IMG/VR virus record: IMGVR_UViG_3300028559_000027
Source of the DNA: an uncultured virus (IMG/VR IMGVR_UViG_3300028559_000027)
Lineage: Duplodnaviria > Heunggongvirae > Uroviricota > Caudoviricetes
Length of the DNA: 64,000 bases
Reading direction: 5' to 3' (one strand)
Shown here piece by piece: positions 1 to 8,991 of the stretch. How positions within the stretch are numbered: the stretch's first letter is position 1; every line of letters begins with the position of its first letter. Under the pieces are notes generated by a model, which was given only the letters and a program-made list of their open reading frames with translations, was not told where the DNA came from and ran no database searches. The translations under genes were made by a program, and so were the position numbers.

Positions 1-382
1 TACCTTTTACTCCAGGTATTGAATAAAATTCTCTGTCATGGGCACCCTGAACAAACTGCGGTTTACCATCTGGACTATAAAAAGGTAGTTTGTGTAGATA
101 CACATTTTCTCCTTTTCTAATCTTGCCACTAAACAAAACCATCTGTGGATCGTTAGGAAACATTGCGGTATCTGAATCGGGAGTAGTTAACCCACCAACT
201 GCGATAGCAACTTTAGGATCACTGGTAGCATAGATAGCATTTTGATTGCTACCTGCGGCACCACCTGTATCAACTGATTGGCGTGGTTCTAACATAGGAA
301 TCTTTTGTCTTGAACCATGCCATAGATATTTTTGTTCTGAGCCTTCCGCCACACCTTCTACAATAAACTCATTGGCTCTCAT
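1..382 (-). CDS. ADP-ribosyltransferase-fold protein with CTS-like N-terminus (runs off window start)
   Basis: Not in the ORF track. Manual translation from ATG 382: MRANEFIVEGVAEGSEQKYLWHGSRQKIPMLEPRQS...NAIYATSDP. The HGS and YAT motifs resemble Arr/PARP-type ARTs. ATGA overlap with the sod stop. Confidence 0.55.
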   Translation of the reverse strand, partial: MRANEFIVEGVAEGSEQKYLWHGSRQKIPMLEPRQSVDTGGAAGSNQNAIYATSDPKVAIAVGGLTTPDSDTAMFPNDPQMVLFSGKIRKGENVYLHKLPFYSPDGKPQFVQGAHDREFYSIPGVKG

Positions 383-936
383 AGACTCTTACCCCAACGA
401 GTATTGATTACGTTCCAATTGATAATCTTCCATTGTTCTTTCAAATACTTTTTCTTATCACTACCATAATCTAGTATCCAAGCATGTTCCCACCTATCAA
501 CTAATAACAATATATCATTGCGTACTTCATGGTTTTTAATTGTTTTAATCTTACCATCATATGCTAGGTATAGCCAACCAGATCCTTCTAACTTCATAAA
601 TTCAGTTTCAAACTGTTCTTTCATATTATCATATGAACCGTAGTGTTTGTTGATAAATCCCATAATAGGGCCATTTGGATTGTTTTTATTTCTAACTTCG
701 CGGAACTGAGGAAACAATGTATTATGTAAGAATGCACCTGCATAGTTAAAATCTTTATCACCCTCGCCTTTATTATAACGTTCAGCATAACCATTGGCTA
801 ATTTATCATAGTGAAGTTCTATTGTATCTTTACTAAGTACAGGTGCAAGTTCACCTTCAGTAAAGTTTAGTGGAATGATTTCTATGTCTTGGGGTTTACT
901 CTTATCTTCAAGTAAAGTAATAAATTCACGCATCAT
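379..936 (-). CDS. sod: Fe/Mn superoxide dismutase
   Basis: LHYDK, GAFLHNTLF, GSGWLYL and DRWEHAWILDY motifs; all four metal ligands identifiable. Confidence 0.9.
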   Translation of the reverse strand: MMREFITLLEDKSKPQDIEIIPLNFTEGELAPVLSKDTIELHYDKLANGYAERYNKGEGDKDFNYAGAFLHNTLFPQFREVRNKNNPNGPIMGFINKHYGSYDNMKEQFETEFMKLEGSGWLYLAYDGKIKTIKNHEVRNDILLLVDRWEHAWILDYGSDKKKYLKEQWKIINWNVINTRWGKSL

Positions 937-954
937 ATAATTATAAAATCCTAT

Positions 955-1752
955 TTAACCTTGTACCCAAGTCAATGGCTGACTGTAATCTACATAACGT
1001 TTTAGTTCATCGTATAGTTGTTCCATTGCGGCTTTGCCTTCAGCTTTCATAGCTGTACCGTTTAATGTTGTGCCGCCGCCTGGACCTGCGATAGTACCAA
1101 ACTTCTCACGTGCCTCACCAATGATTAGTTTTAAGTTAGCTAAAATGAAGTCACCAATCCATACACCAGCACCCGGATCTTGTAGTAACACTTCTTCTGG
1201 TCTTTGTACGTCAGCCCAAATAAGAACACGCTCACCACTACCTTTTGGATCACGAACAATACGTATTACTTTTGTAACTGGATCGAATGTATAGATTACA
1301 TATCCACCAAACATACGTGCGGCTAGTTCTACATAACCAGCATAAAAGTCATATGTTGCCATACCACCTGCATAGTTATAGTTTAATAGATAAGTGTTTA
1401 ATATAGCTGAACTGAATGGATCAAAACTGCTTGCTCCCGGTCCAGTCTCTAATCCAACTGTTCTACGATAGATACAACGAACATTGATAAACTCTTGTGG
1501 CAATGTGTAAGTGTCCACGTTTTTTACAACTGTCATTAGTGTGTATGACTCTGCCGTAGCATTTTGCGCTCGTTGACGATATACTTTTATTGCGTAGTTG
1601 TATGCCGCTTCGTAATGTTGAGGATCTAACTCAAGGTCAATAATGCCATCACCCAATCTATAACGTAGATTACTGAATAATGCTTGTTTCAACTCATCTA
1701 GTGTTAAACCAGTTGGTGTAGAAAGAATGTTTGCTGTTGCAGATATAGTCAT
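955..1752 (-). CDS. Neck protein, T4 gp13-like
   Basis: RLG..I.LELDPQH N-terminus and KF..I.GPGGG.TLNG C-terminus; next to gp14/gp15-like genes. Confidence 0.75.
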   Translation of the reverse strand: MTISATANILSTPTGLTLDELKQALFSNLRYRLGDGIIDLELDPQHYEAAYNYAIKVYRQRAQNATAESYTLMTVVKNVDTYTLPQEFINVRCIYRRTVGLETGPGASSFDPFSSAILNTYLLNYNYAGGMATYDFYAGYVELAARMFGGYVIYTFDPVTKVIRIVRDPKGSGERVLIWADVQRPEEVLLQDPGAGVWIGDFILANLKLIIGEAREKFGTIAGPGGGTTLNGTAMKAEGKAAMEQLYDELKRYVDYSQPLTWVQG

Positions 1753-1789
1753 ATTAGTTTCCTGATGTTGTATTTATCAGGAAACTAAT
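1753..1789 (-). promoter_or_regulatory. RBS-sequestering 14-bp hairpin with embedded late promoter
   Basis: Perfect inverted repeat ATTAGTTTCCTGAT (1753-1766) / ATCAGGAAACTAAT (1776-1789) covering the AGGA SD; GATAAATA on the minus strand at 1771-1778. Confidence 0.75.
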
Positions 1790-1809
1790 GATCCTTAGAT
1801 ATCGCTGTT

Positions 1810-2976
1810 TTAGAACGCTTTTAGTATAATCATATTCTCATTAAAGCGGCCATTAGATGCAGTAACTACTGCTTTAATGTCGTTAAAGTATTTACGAGCT
1901 GCCGGCTTACTTCCCATAATTTCTTTTAATTGTTCAGCAGGTTTACGTAGTGTTTTAACTTCACTTTTTGCTGTATCAAATCCTAGCAATGTATTACCTT
2001 TAACCGTAAATGCTTTGCTATAATCATCTGCGATATAGTGATGCAGTTTGCGTTTTGCACTATCATATACCCACGCTTCACTTGCACCGTGAAGTTTGAT
2101 AGGACTAATACTGACTAAATCAAGTTTATTTGCAGTATCTTTAAATGTTTTCAAATACTTTAATTTAGATACAATTTTCTCAACAGGTACTGCTTTACGT
2201 GCCCTAGGAGCTTTTGCAGCCTTCTTAACACTGATATAACTATTCAAGTCATTGATAACTAATTCAATAAACTTAACAATGTTTTTTAATTGAATTTTAC
2301 TGAGATGATTGTAACCTTGAATCAATTGACTATCAGTTCCTTTAATTACCTCTTCAAATTCATTCAATTTCTTTTTCCATACTTCAGTTAAAATACTGAT
2401 ATGTTGTGGCATCACATTCTTTTTAGCAACTTCATCCATTGGACGTAGTGAATGTTTTGTAGGTGCACCGGATGTGATGAATTCATCAAACAATCCCTCA
2501 AGCTCACCTGCGGCATCACGTGCTTTTTCTTTTAATATGTCTTGAATGTTGGGTCGAGCAGGTGCTTCAACTTCAACTTTTTCTTCTTCTGGTTTGTGTA
2601 CTAACTTTAACAAACGATTGATTTCGTTTCCAAGTGTCAGTTCCTCGTGTTCAGATAGTTCTAGCCCACGTAACTGCATACGTGCTAACCAGCATAGTGT
2701 CAATAGAAATTCATTTTCGTGAATCCTACGCATTGTTTTAGCATCATCGGTACGTTTATGAAATTCTAAATATTGGGAAAGCAATTCTTTTGCATCTTTT
2801 TTCCCATAAAAACGATGATACCAAGTAAAACTACGCATCAATGCAACCCTGCGTTTATCCTCATCCGGTTGTAGTACAAATAACGGCTCATCTCCATAAT
2901 GTTGTACATCCACATCACGTGGATTTAATGCTTTAACTAGACTATGGTCCTCTGTATTACGCTTACGTGTTGCCAT
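1810..2976 (-). CDS. Hypothetical early protein, 388 aa
   Basis: Long ORF with GGAG SD, downstream of a consensus sigma70 promoter. Confidence 0.7.
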   Translation of the reverse strand: MATRKRNTEDHSLVKALNPRDVDVQHYGDEPLFVLQPDEDKRRVALMRSFTWYHRFYGKKDAKELLSQYLEFHKRTDDAKTMRRIHENEFLLTLCWLARMQLRGLELSEHEELTLGNEINRLLKLVHKPEEEKVEVEAPARPNIQDILKEKARDAAGELEGLFDEFITSGAPTKHSLRPMDEVAKKNVMPQHISILTEVWKKKLNEFEEVIKGTDSQLIQGYNHLSKIQLKNIVKFIELVINDLNSYISVKKAAKAPRARKAVPVEKIVSKLKYLKTFKDTANKLDLVSISPIKLHGASEAWVYDSAKRKLHHYIADDYSKAFTVKGNTLLGFDTAKSEVKTLRKPAEQLKEIMGSKPAARKYFNDIKAVVTASNGRFNENMIILKAF

Positions 2977-3002
2977 TAGGCACTCCTTTGAATTGATTTA
3001 TT

Positions 3003-3031
3003 ATTATAACACAACCCATATTTATTGTCAA
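3003..3031 (-). promoter_or_regulatory. Early sigma70-type promoter
   Basis: TTGACA(ATAAAT)-17 nt-TATAAT. Confidence 0.85.
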
Positions 3032-3071
3032 CCTTAGGATTCAAGCGTAGGACATTGCGATAAATACTATT

Positions 3072-4778
3072 ATGCCAAAGTTATCCTTATACCGCCCAAA
3101 TAAACAAAATGATTATCGGTTCTTTGATAGAACAATATCCGAAGAATTGCGTGTCGGTGGCACGGATTTATACATTCACAAATATTTAGGTCCAACTAAT
3201 CAAGGACCTAGTATTGATTATACTCAACCAGAATATGACAGTTTAAATCCTACCAATATTCAGGATTTATTATTCTTGGAAAATAGAGATAGAACATATG
3301 ATCCAAACATTTATAGGTTACGTGGCCACTATAATGTACAGAATTTAGACTTTGATTTAAGTCAGTTTGGATTGTTTTTAAATAACGATATTATCTTTAT
3401 CAATGTTCATTATAATGATATGATTGATATTGTTGGTCGGAAACTAATGGTAGGTGACGTATTAGAATTACCGCACTTATTAGATTATAATCCATTAACA
3501 GAAACTATACCGGTAGCATTAAAAAGATTTTATAGTATTACTGATGCTAATTTTTCTAGTGAGGGATTTAGTCAAACTTGGTATCCACATATGTGGCGTA
3601 TTAAATGTGAGCCATTAGTTGATAGTGAAGAATTTAGTCAGATATTAGCAGAACCGATTAACCAAGATAACTATTTAGGATTATGGGATCCCACTAAAGT
3701 ATATCCAGCTGGTTATGTAATGACATTTGGTGATAAGAATTACATTAGTAAAATAGAAGTTCCGGCTGGCACTATGCCACCAAATACAACATATTGGGAG
3801 TTAGATACGGCTTCAAATCTTAAAGATATACTTGCTACGTATAATAAAAATATTGCTATTAATGATGCCGCACTTCAAGAGGCTGCACGACTTGTACCTA
3901 AATCAGGTTATGATAGAAACAACTTATACATTGTACCTACATACGGTACCTTTGAAACTAATACAGAGTTGTCGGGTAAATACAATCAACCTGCACCACC
4001 TATAAATGTTGTGGTGCCTAATCCAGGTCCACCGGTTGCTACAGTTTCAATGGTACAATCTTCATTGTATAGAACTGCTAGTCCTGTGTTAAGAATTTCG
4101 GCAGCTTCAGCACAGTCTATTTGGGACATGACTGTTGATGGTGGTGTAGTTGCACCTAGGTCAACACTTTCGTTAAGAACTGCATCACTTTTACCTGTAC
4201 TGACCGACTCTGGTTCAGGTCCAGTATCTGGTTATACTGTATTAACTGTTGATAGTATTGGTTATAATATTACAGGTCCATATGGTACTGCTGATAACAC
4301 ATACGCAACTGCTGACCAAAATCCAGAGGCTCCAAACTTTACTGGTACTGAACCATACGGTCCAAATACTATGGACTATCGTGCAGATAGTGATCCTAGA
4401 TTCCAGTTCATTGCACGTAGTAGCCCGCGAACATTTGGTTACACAACTGGTTACTTAGACGGTGACGGTACTGCTCCTAACGGTTTCCCAACTGGTGCAG
4501 GTATTGCATTCCCGCAAAATCCTGCAGTGGGTGATTACTTCTTACGTATTGATTACTTACCGCAATTATTATATCGCTGGGATGGTCGTCTATGGGTAAG
4601 AATATCAGAAAATGTAAGGACTCAAACTGGTATGACTGCAGGAGATTTGTCACAACAATCTAGTTTCATAAATAATAGTAATGTAACGGTATTGACAGAT
4701 GGTACCACTACTACTCAGAAACAAGCATTAAGTACAATACTTACAATAGCCCCGGATTCAATTCCACCAACACCTTAA
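3072..4778 (+). CDS. Neck/head-completion protein, T4 gp14-like, with long C-terminal extension
   Basis: DLLFLENRDR.Y and LSQFGLF motifs; GATAAATA 5 nt upstream of the ATG; adjacent to a gp15-like gene. Confidence 0.65.
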   Translation: MPKLSLYRPNKQNDYRFFDRTISEELRVGGTDLYIHKYLGPTNQGPSIDYTQPEYDSLNPTNIQDLLFLENRDRTYDPNIYRLRGHYNVQNLDFDLSQFGLFLNNDIIFINVHYNDMIDIVGRKLMVGDVLELPHLLDYNPLTETIPVALKRFYSITDANFSSEGFSQTWYPHMWRIKCEPLVDSEEFSQILAEPINQDNYLGLWDPTKVYPAGYVMTFGDKNYISKIEVPAGTMPPNTTYWELDTASNLKDILATYNKNIAINDAALQEAARLVPKSGYDRNNLYIVPTYGTFETNTELSGKYNQPAPPINVVVPNPGPPVATVSMVQSSLYRTASPVLRISAASAQSIWDMTVDGGVVAPRSTLSLRTASLLPVLTDSGSGPVSGYTVLTVDSIGYNITGPYGTADNTYATADQNPEAPNFTGTEPYGPNTMDYRADSDPRFQFIARSSPRTFGYTTGYLDGDGTAPNGFPTGAGIAFPQNPAVGDYFLRIDYLPQLLYRWDGRLWVRISENVRTQTGMTAGDLSQQSSFINNSNVTVLTDGTTTTQKQALSTILTIAPDSIPPTP

Positions 4779-4788
4779 AGAATAACTT

Positions 4789-6165
4789 ATGGCAGCCTTT
4801 TTCTATGACAATCAGATACGCAGATTTTTAATACAGTTTGCAAAAATATTCAGTAACTGGGAAGTTACTAAAGGTAAAGACCCTGCAGGTAATGAAATAT
4901 TTGTTCGTGTACCTATTATGTATGGTGATAGTAGTAGACAAGCAAGTACTATCATTGCTAACAATAGTGCAAGTAACTTACCAAGTGCGCCATTGATTAC
5001 ATATTATATCAGTGCATTAGAGTACGACCAAAAACGTACACAAGATCCTACATTCATTGACAAGATGCAGGTTAGACAACGTAGTTATAATACTGAAACA
5101 CAACAATATGAGCAAGTTCAAGGTCAAGCATTTACGATTGAACGATTGATGCCTGTACCCTATACATTACGTATTAATGTTGACTTCTGGACTACTAACT
5201 ACCAACAAAAATTAGAACTAATAGAGCAATTGGGAACATTATTCAATCCTTCATTAGAGATACAAAGTACTGATAACTTTATTGATTGGACTAGTTTAAG
5301 TGTTGTTTACCAAGATGGTATAACATTTACCAGCCGTAGTATCCCACAAGGTACAGGTAATCCCATTGATGTATTAAGTTGGAAGTTTTATATGCCTATA
5401 TGGCTAAGTAATGCCGCTAAACTTAAAAAGATGGGCGTTATCGAAAAAGTTATTGCTAGTATCTTTAAAGGTCAAGCATTACAAGATATTCAAGATGATG
5501 ATTTGTTGTTAGGTACTCGACAAAAGATTACACCATATGGATATAAGTTGTTACTGATTGGTAATAGATTACAATTACTACCTGCAGATGAAGCATTCTA
5601 TCCAAGTAATGAGAGTTTAGAATATCCACCTCCACCAGATACAAGTTTATATTGGACCGCATTGTTAAACGTATACGGTACATTACGTCCCGGTATCAGT
5701 CAAATATGGTTACAAAATCCATTTATGACTACCGACATTGTTGGTACTATTGTTCCTGACCCAACAGATGATAGATTGTTAATATATGATATTGATACTG
5801 ACACCCTGCCACAAAACACATTGGATCCTGTAGACAGCGTGGTTAACCCACTAGTCACTGGACCAAACGCAGGACTGCCAGGACCAATCAACGGTCGTAG
5901 ATATCTTATTGTAGAAGATGTGGGTAGTCCGGGTAATACTACTATTGCTTGGGGAGCATTGATTGCAAATGCAAATGACATTGTTGAGTTTGACGCAACA
6001 TCAGGTGAATGGTTTGTATCATTTGATAGTCAATCTGCTACTACAGTAGAATACGTAACCAATCTTACTACTGATTTGCAGTATAGATTTGATTATATCA
6101 ACAACGTTTGGATGAAGTCATATGAAGGTTGGTACAACCAAGGGGATTATTCTATCGTCATCTAA
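4789..6165 (+). CDS. Tail sheath stabiliser/terminator, T4 gp15-like
   Basis: FFYD.QIRR, VPI.YG, MPVPY.L, Q.LE.IEQ...F.P motifs. Confidence 0.8.
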   Translation: MAAFFYDNQIRRFLIQFAKIFSNWEVTKGKDPAGNEIFVRVPIMYGDSSRQASTIIANNSASNLPSAPLITYYISALEYDQKRTQDPTFIDKMQVRQRSYNTETQQYEQVQGQAFTIERLMPVPYTLRINVDFWTTNYQQKLELIEQLGTLFNPSLEIQSTDNFIDWTSLSVVYQDGITFTSRSIPQGTGNPIDVLSWKFYMPIWLSNAAKLKKMGVIEKVIASIFKGQALQDIQDDDLLLGTRQKITPYGYKLLLIGNRLQLLPADEAFYPSNESLEYPPPPDTSLYWTALLNVYGTLRPGISQIWLQNPFMTTDIVGTIVPDPTDDRLLIYDIDTDTLPQNTLDPVDSVVNPLVTGPNAGLPGPINGRRYLIVEDVGSPGNTTIAWGALIANANDIVEFDATSGEWFVSFDSQSATTVEYVTNLTTDLQYRFDYINNVWMKSYEGWYNQGDYSIVI

Positions 6166-6184
6166 TACTGTGATAAATCATAGT

Positions 6185-6601
6185 ATGAACAATATTTCCG
6201 CAGGTATCTTTTTCTATTCTGAAAATACAAAACGTTTCCTATACCTGCTACGTAATGACAATAAGAATCCAGGTAACTGGGGTATACCCGGTGGTAAAAT
6301 AGAAACTGGTGAAACGTTACTTGAAGGTTTACAGCGTGAATGTATGGAAGAAGTAAATTACTTTCCCGAACACGCTAAACTTGTACCCATTCAGAAGTTT
6401 GTCAATAATACATTTACATATCATACATTCTTTTGTAAAGTAACTGATGAATTTACCCCTGTATTAAATGATGAGCATTGTGGTTATGCTTGGGTAGGAA
6501 ACAAACAATATCCCAAACCATTACATCCGGGATTATTTAATACAGTAAACTTTGATGTTGTTCAGAAAAAATTAAACGCACTTACAAAAAAAGAGACCTA
6601 A
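6185..6601 (+). CDS. NUDIX hydrolase
   Basis: Nudix box PGGKIETGETLLEGLQRECMEE; likely start MNNISAG at 6185. Confidence 0.9.
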   Translation: MNNISAGIFFYSENTKRFLYLLRNDNKNPGNWGIPGGKIETGETLLEGLQRECMEEVNYFPEHAKLVPIQKFVNNTFTYHTFFCKVTDEFTPVLNDEHCGYAWVGNKQYPKPLHPGLFNTVNFDVVQKKLNALTKKET

Positions 6602-6613
6602 GTCTCTTTTTTT
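6586..6613. terminator. Bidirectional intrinsic terminator
   Basis: AAAAAAAGAGAC-ctaa-GTCTCTTTTTTT between convergent genes. Confidence 0.75.
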
Positions 6614-6923
6614 ATTTTAGCAATTTTGCTATCGTATCAAATCCCAATGATCCTATTACAACACCTGCCCCCATCATCATCCAGCGCCATTTTTCAAGCG
6701 CAGAGATTTTGTCAGACATTGCCTGATGTGCATTAGAACTAGCGTCCTTCATACCTTTTAGCATCACCTTGGTATCATCGTTGTTTTTAACCATTTCAAG
6801 GTGAATGTCTTTGATATCAGCTTTTATTTCACTGATATCATCGGTAATGTTTTGAACCTGTACCTGAAGTATTGCTACTTCTGTTTCAGTTTTTGGCATT
6901 TTGATTGTCCTACTAGTTACCAT
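6612..6923 (-). CDS. Coiled-coil protein with C-terminal TM helix (XhlA/holin-like)
   Basis: Heptad pattern followed by WRWMMMGAGVVIGSLG. Confidence 0.5.
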   Translation of the reverse strand: MVTSRTIKMPKTETEVAILQVQVQNITDDISEIKADIKDIHLEMVKNNDDTKVMLKGMKDASSNAHQAMSDKISALEKWRWMMMGAGVVIGSLGFDTIAKLLK

Positions 6924-6925
6924 AA

Positions 6926-8305
6926 TTAAGCACTAGCAATAACCACAATTGGGTTAGGCTGACCTTCATATGTATTAGCGGCGTATGCTGTGTTGAATGT
7001 AGCAATAACATCAGGGTTAACACTATTAACAACAGCAGTACCTGTACCGGTTCCTGCGGCTGTAGCAAGGAATGTAACGCCTGTCATATTAGATGCCGCA
7101 CCGCATACTGACCAATCTGTTGTACCACTACTATAAATTGTATACAATGTACCTACACTTAGTGAAGCGGCATCAACTTGCGTTGGGAACACTTCAGTGT
7201 TATAATCATTTACACTTGAAACATATGCTGTACCAGAGGCTGCATCAGTAGACAAGATGTTCATTGTGTTTGGTGTCAATGCTGTGTTAGCAACGTTTGC
7301 TGTATAGCATTGTGCAATTAAACCAGTTGTACCACCTTGTACAAGATACTTTGTCTTACCTTTTTGACGAACAATGAAACCAGCTTCGTCATCTGCATAG
7401 ATGAATGCAGATCCTGAAGCAGCCACTGCCGCATTTGCAACTAATTCAACTACATCTTGTTGTGCGTCTGGTGTACCAGTAGCACTTGACAAGTCAACTT
7501 CAGCACCACCCAATGTTGTAGAAACAGTGAATGCAGCCGCATTTGCTATTGCTTTAACAAAATAAACTTGACCAGAAACTAGACCACCCAAATTAGCAGT
7601 AAATCTTACTGTTCCATTAGCTAATAACGTTTGAGCATTACCTGAAGTACCAATGATGTTACCTGTATTTTGTGTGTTAGCAACAGCAACAGTCGTTAAG
7701 CCAGGCACTGTGTTTGCAAAACCTAGAGTAGTATAATCAGTCGTTGTACCATTAACGTTTGCACTTGCAACTTGAATTACAGAACCCACACTTAATGTGT
7801 TTGTTAAGTCAGTACCAATACCGGTTACATATGCAGTATCAGTGGCAGCATACAATATACCTGTACCAGAGATACCGATAGCTACACGTGGTAGAACCTG
7901 TGAACCATATATTCCTGTGTTGCCACCAACTACACCATATGTATTAGCGTTAGTTGCAGGGAAGCCGGCACCACCTTCAGGGTTGTTGAAATATGCATCA
8001 ACTACACCAACTGACATTGCTACTGATTGACCAGTAGTGTCAGCCAATGTAACTGCTGTGCGAGTTGTGTTTGCGCTTAAGTCAGTGGCTGACACTGTAA
8101 AGTTGTTTGCATCAATAACTGTTAATATATAGTATGTTGTTGCAGTAAGTAGATTACCAACACTTGATGCTATTACGAATGGCATACCTGCGATAACACC
8201 GGTTGTTGTTAGACTTTCAGTTACAGTAACAGCACCTGTTGCCGCTGTTGTATCTGTAATTGTTAATATGGCTTGCGCCTTTGCGATTTTTAGAGGACGT
8301 CCCAT
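6926..8305 (-). CDS. Virion structural protein
   Basis: A/T/G-rich; duplicated Y(Y/F)....N.FTVS.T module; strong SD and late promoter. Confidence 0.65.
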   Translation of the reverse strand: MGRPLKIAKAQAILTITDTTAATGAVTVTESLTTTGVIAGMPFVIASSVGNLLTATTYYILTVIDANNFTVSATDLSANTTRTAVTLADTTGQSVAMSVGVVDAYFNNPEGGAGFPATNANTYGVVGGNTGIYGSQVLPRVAIGISGTGILYAATDTAYVTGIGTDLTNTLSVGSVIQVASANVNGTTTDYTTLGFANTVPGLTTVAVANTQNTGNIIGTSGNAQTLLANGTVRFTANLGGLVSGQVYFVKAIANAAAFTVSTTLGGAEVDLSSATGTPDAQQDVVELVANAAVAASGSAFIYADDEAGFIVRQKGKTKYLVQGGTTGLIAQCYTANVANTALTPNTMNILSTDAASGTAYVSSVNDYNTEVFPTQVDAASLSVGTLYTIYSSGTTDWSVCGAASNMTGVTFLATAAGTGTGTAVVNSVNPDVIATFNTAYAANTYEGQPNPIVVIASA

Positions 8306-8412
8306 TTGTTTTTCCTTTGATAAAATTAGCGGGTTCTAGCCGCTACGCAGTGGGTTACTGCATAAACCCTCCGAATGAGAGTGTATGATGTATTTATCAA
8401 AAAAGAGTAAAA

Positions 8413-8964
8413 TTAACCAGTAAAGCTACCAGTTGGGCTGTTATAACCGCTTGTTCCTGTATTAGGATGAGGTGCGCCCAACTCAGTTATAGTAAACAAA
8501 CTATTGGCTCCGTCTACAGTTAGATAAGACACTATATTACCTTGTCCAACTATAATACTATTATTAACAGTATTAGGAGGAATCATTTCACTATTTGCAG
8601 TAGCTATAGTATAAGGAACTCCGTATGGATTATATCTTGCTGTTGCGCCGCTGATTGCTACTGCGGCATTCGCTGTCAATGTTAAACTTGTGTTATTCGC
8701 AATAGATGCAACGATACCCACATTTGCGCCTGCAGTATTACCTATCCAACTGCCTATTGCTAATTCAGTACTGAATGCTGTTCCTGAACCAGTGACAGTT
8801 GTGCTGTTAGTAGCGCAAGTTACAGTGCCAGTTAATGCAACGTTTGGAAAACTAGTGGTGTATTGAATAGCTACGTTAGAAGTAGCTATTCTAATCTTAT
8901 CCGTCGCAATATTTGCGGATGCTGCCGCTGTTGCGCTGTTTGCTGTATATGCGTATGATGCCAT
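8413..8964 (-). CDS. Virion structural protein
   Basis: A/T/N-rich with a tail-type T.VTGSGTAF motif. Confidence 0.6.
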   Translation of the reverse strand: MASYAYTANSATAAASANIATDKIRIATSNVAIQYTTSFPNVALTGTVTCATNSTTVTGSGTAFSTELAIGSWIGNTAGANVGIVASIANNTSLTLTANAAVAISGATARYNPYGVPYTIATANSEMIPPNTVNNSIIVGQGNIVSYLTVDGANSLFTITELGAPHPNTGTSGYNSPTGSFTG

Positions 8965-8991
8965 TTTTTAATTCCTATATCTTATTTATTC

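Noticed and set aside
8327..8345. GGTTCTAG loop resembling a preQ1-I riboswitch, and a twister P4-like hairpin
   Set aside because: The preQ1-like loop is antisense to the gene and lacks the A-rich tail; the other twister core elements are absent.
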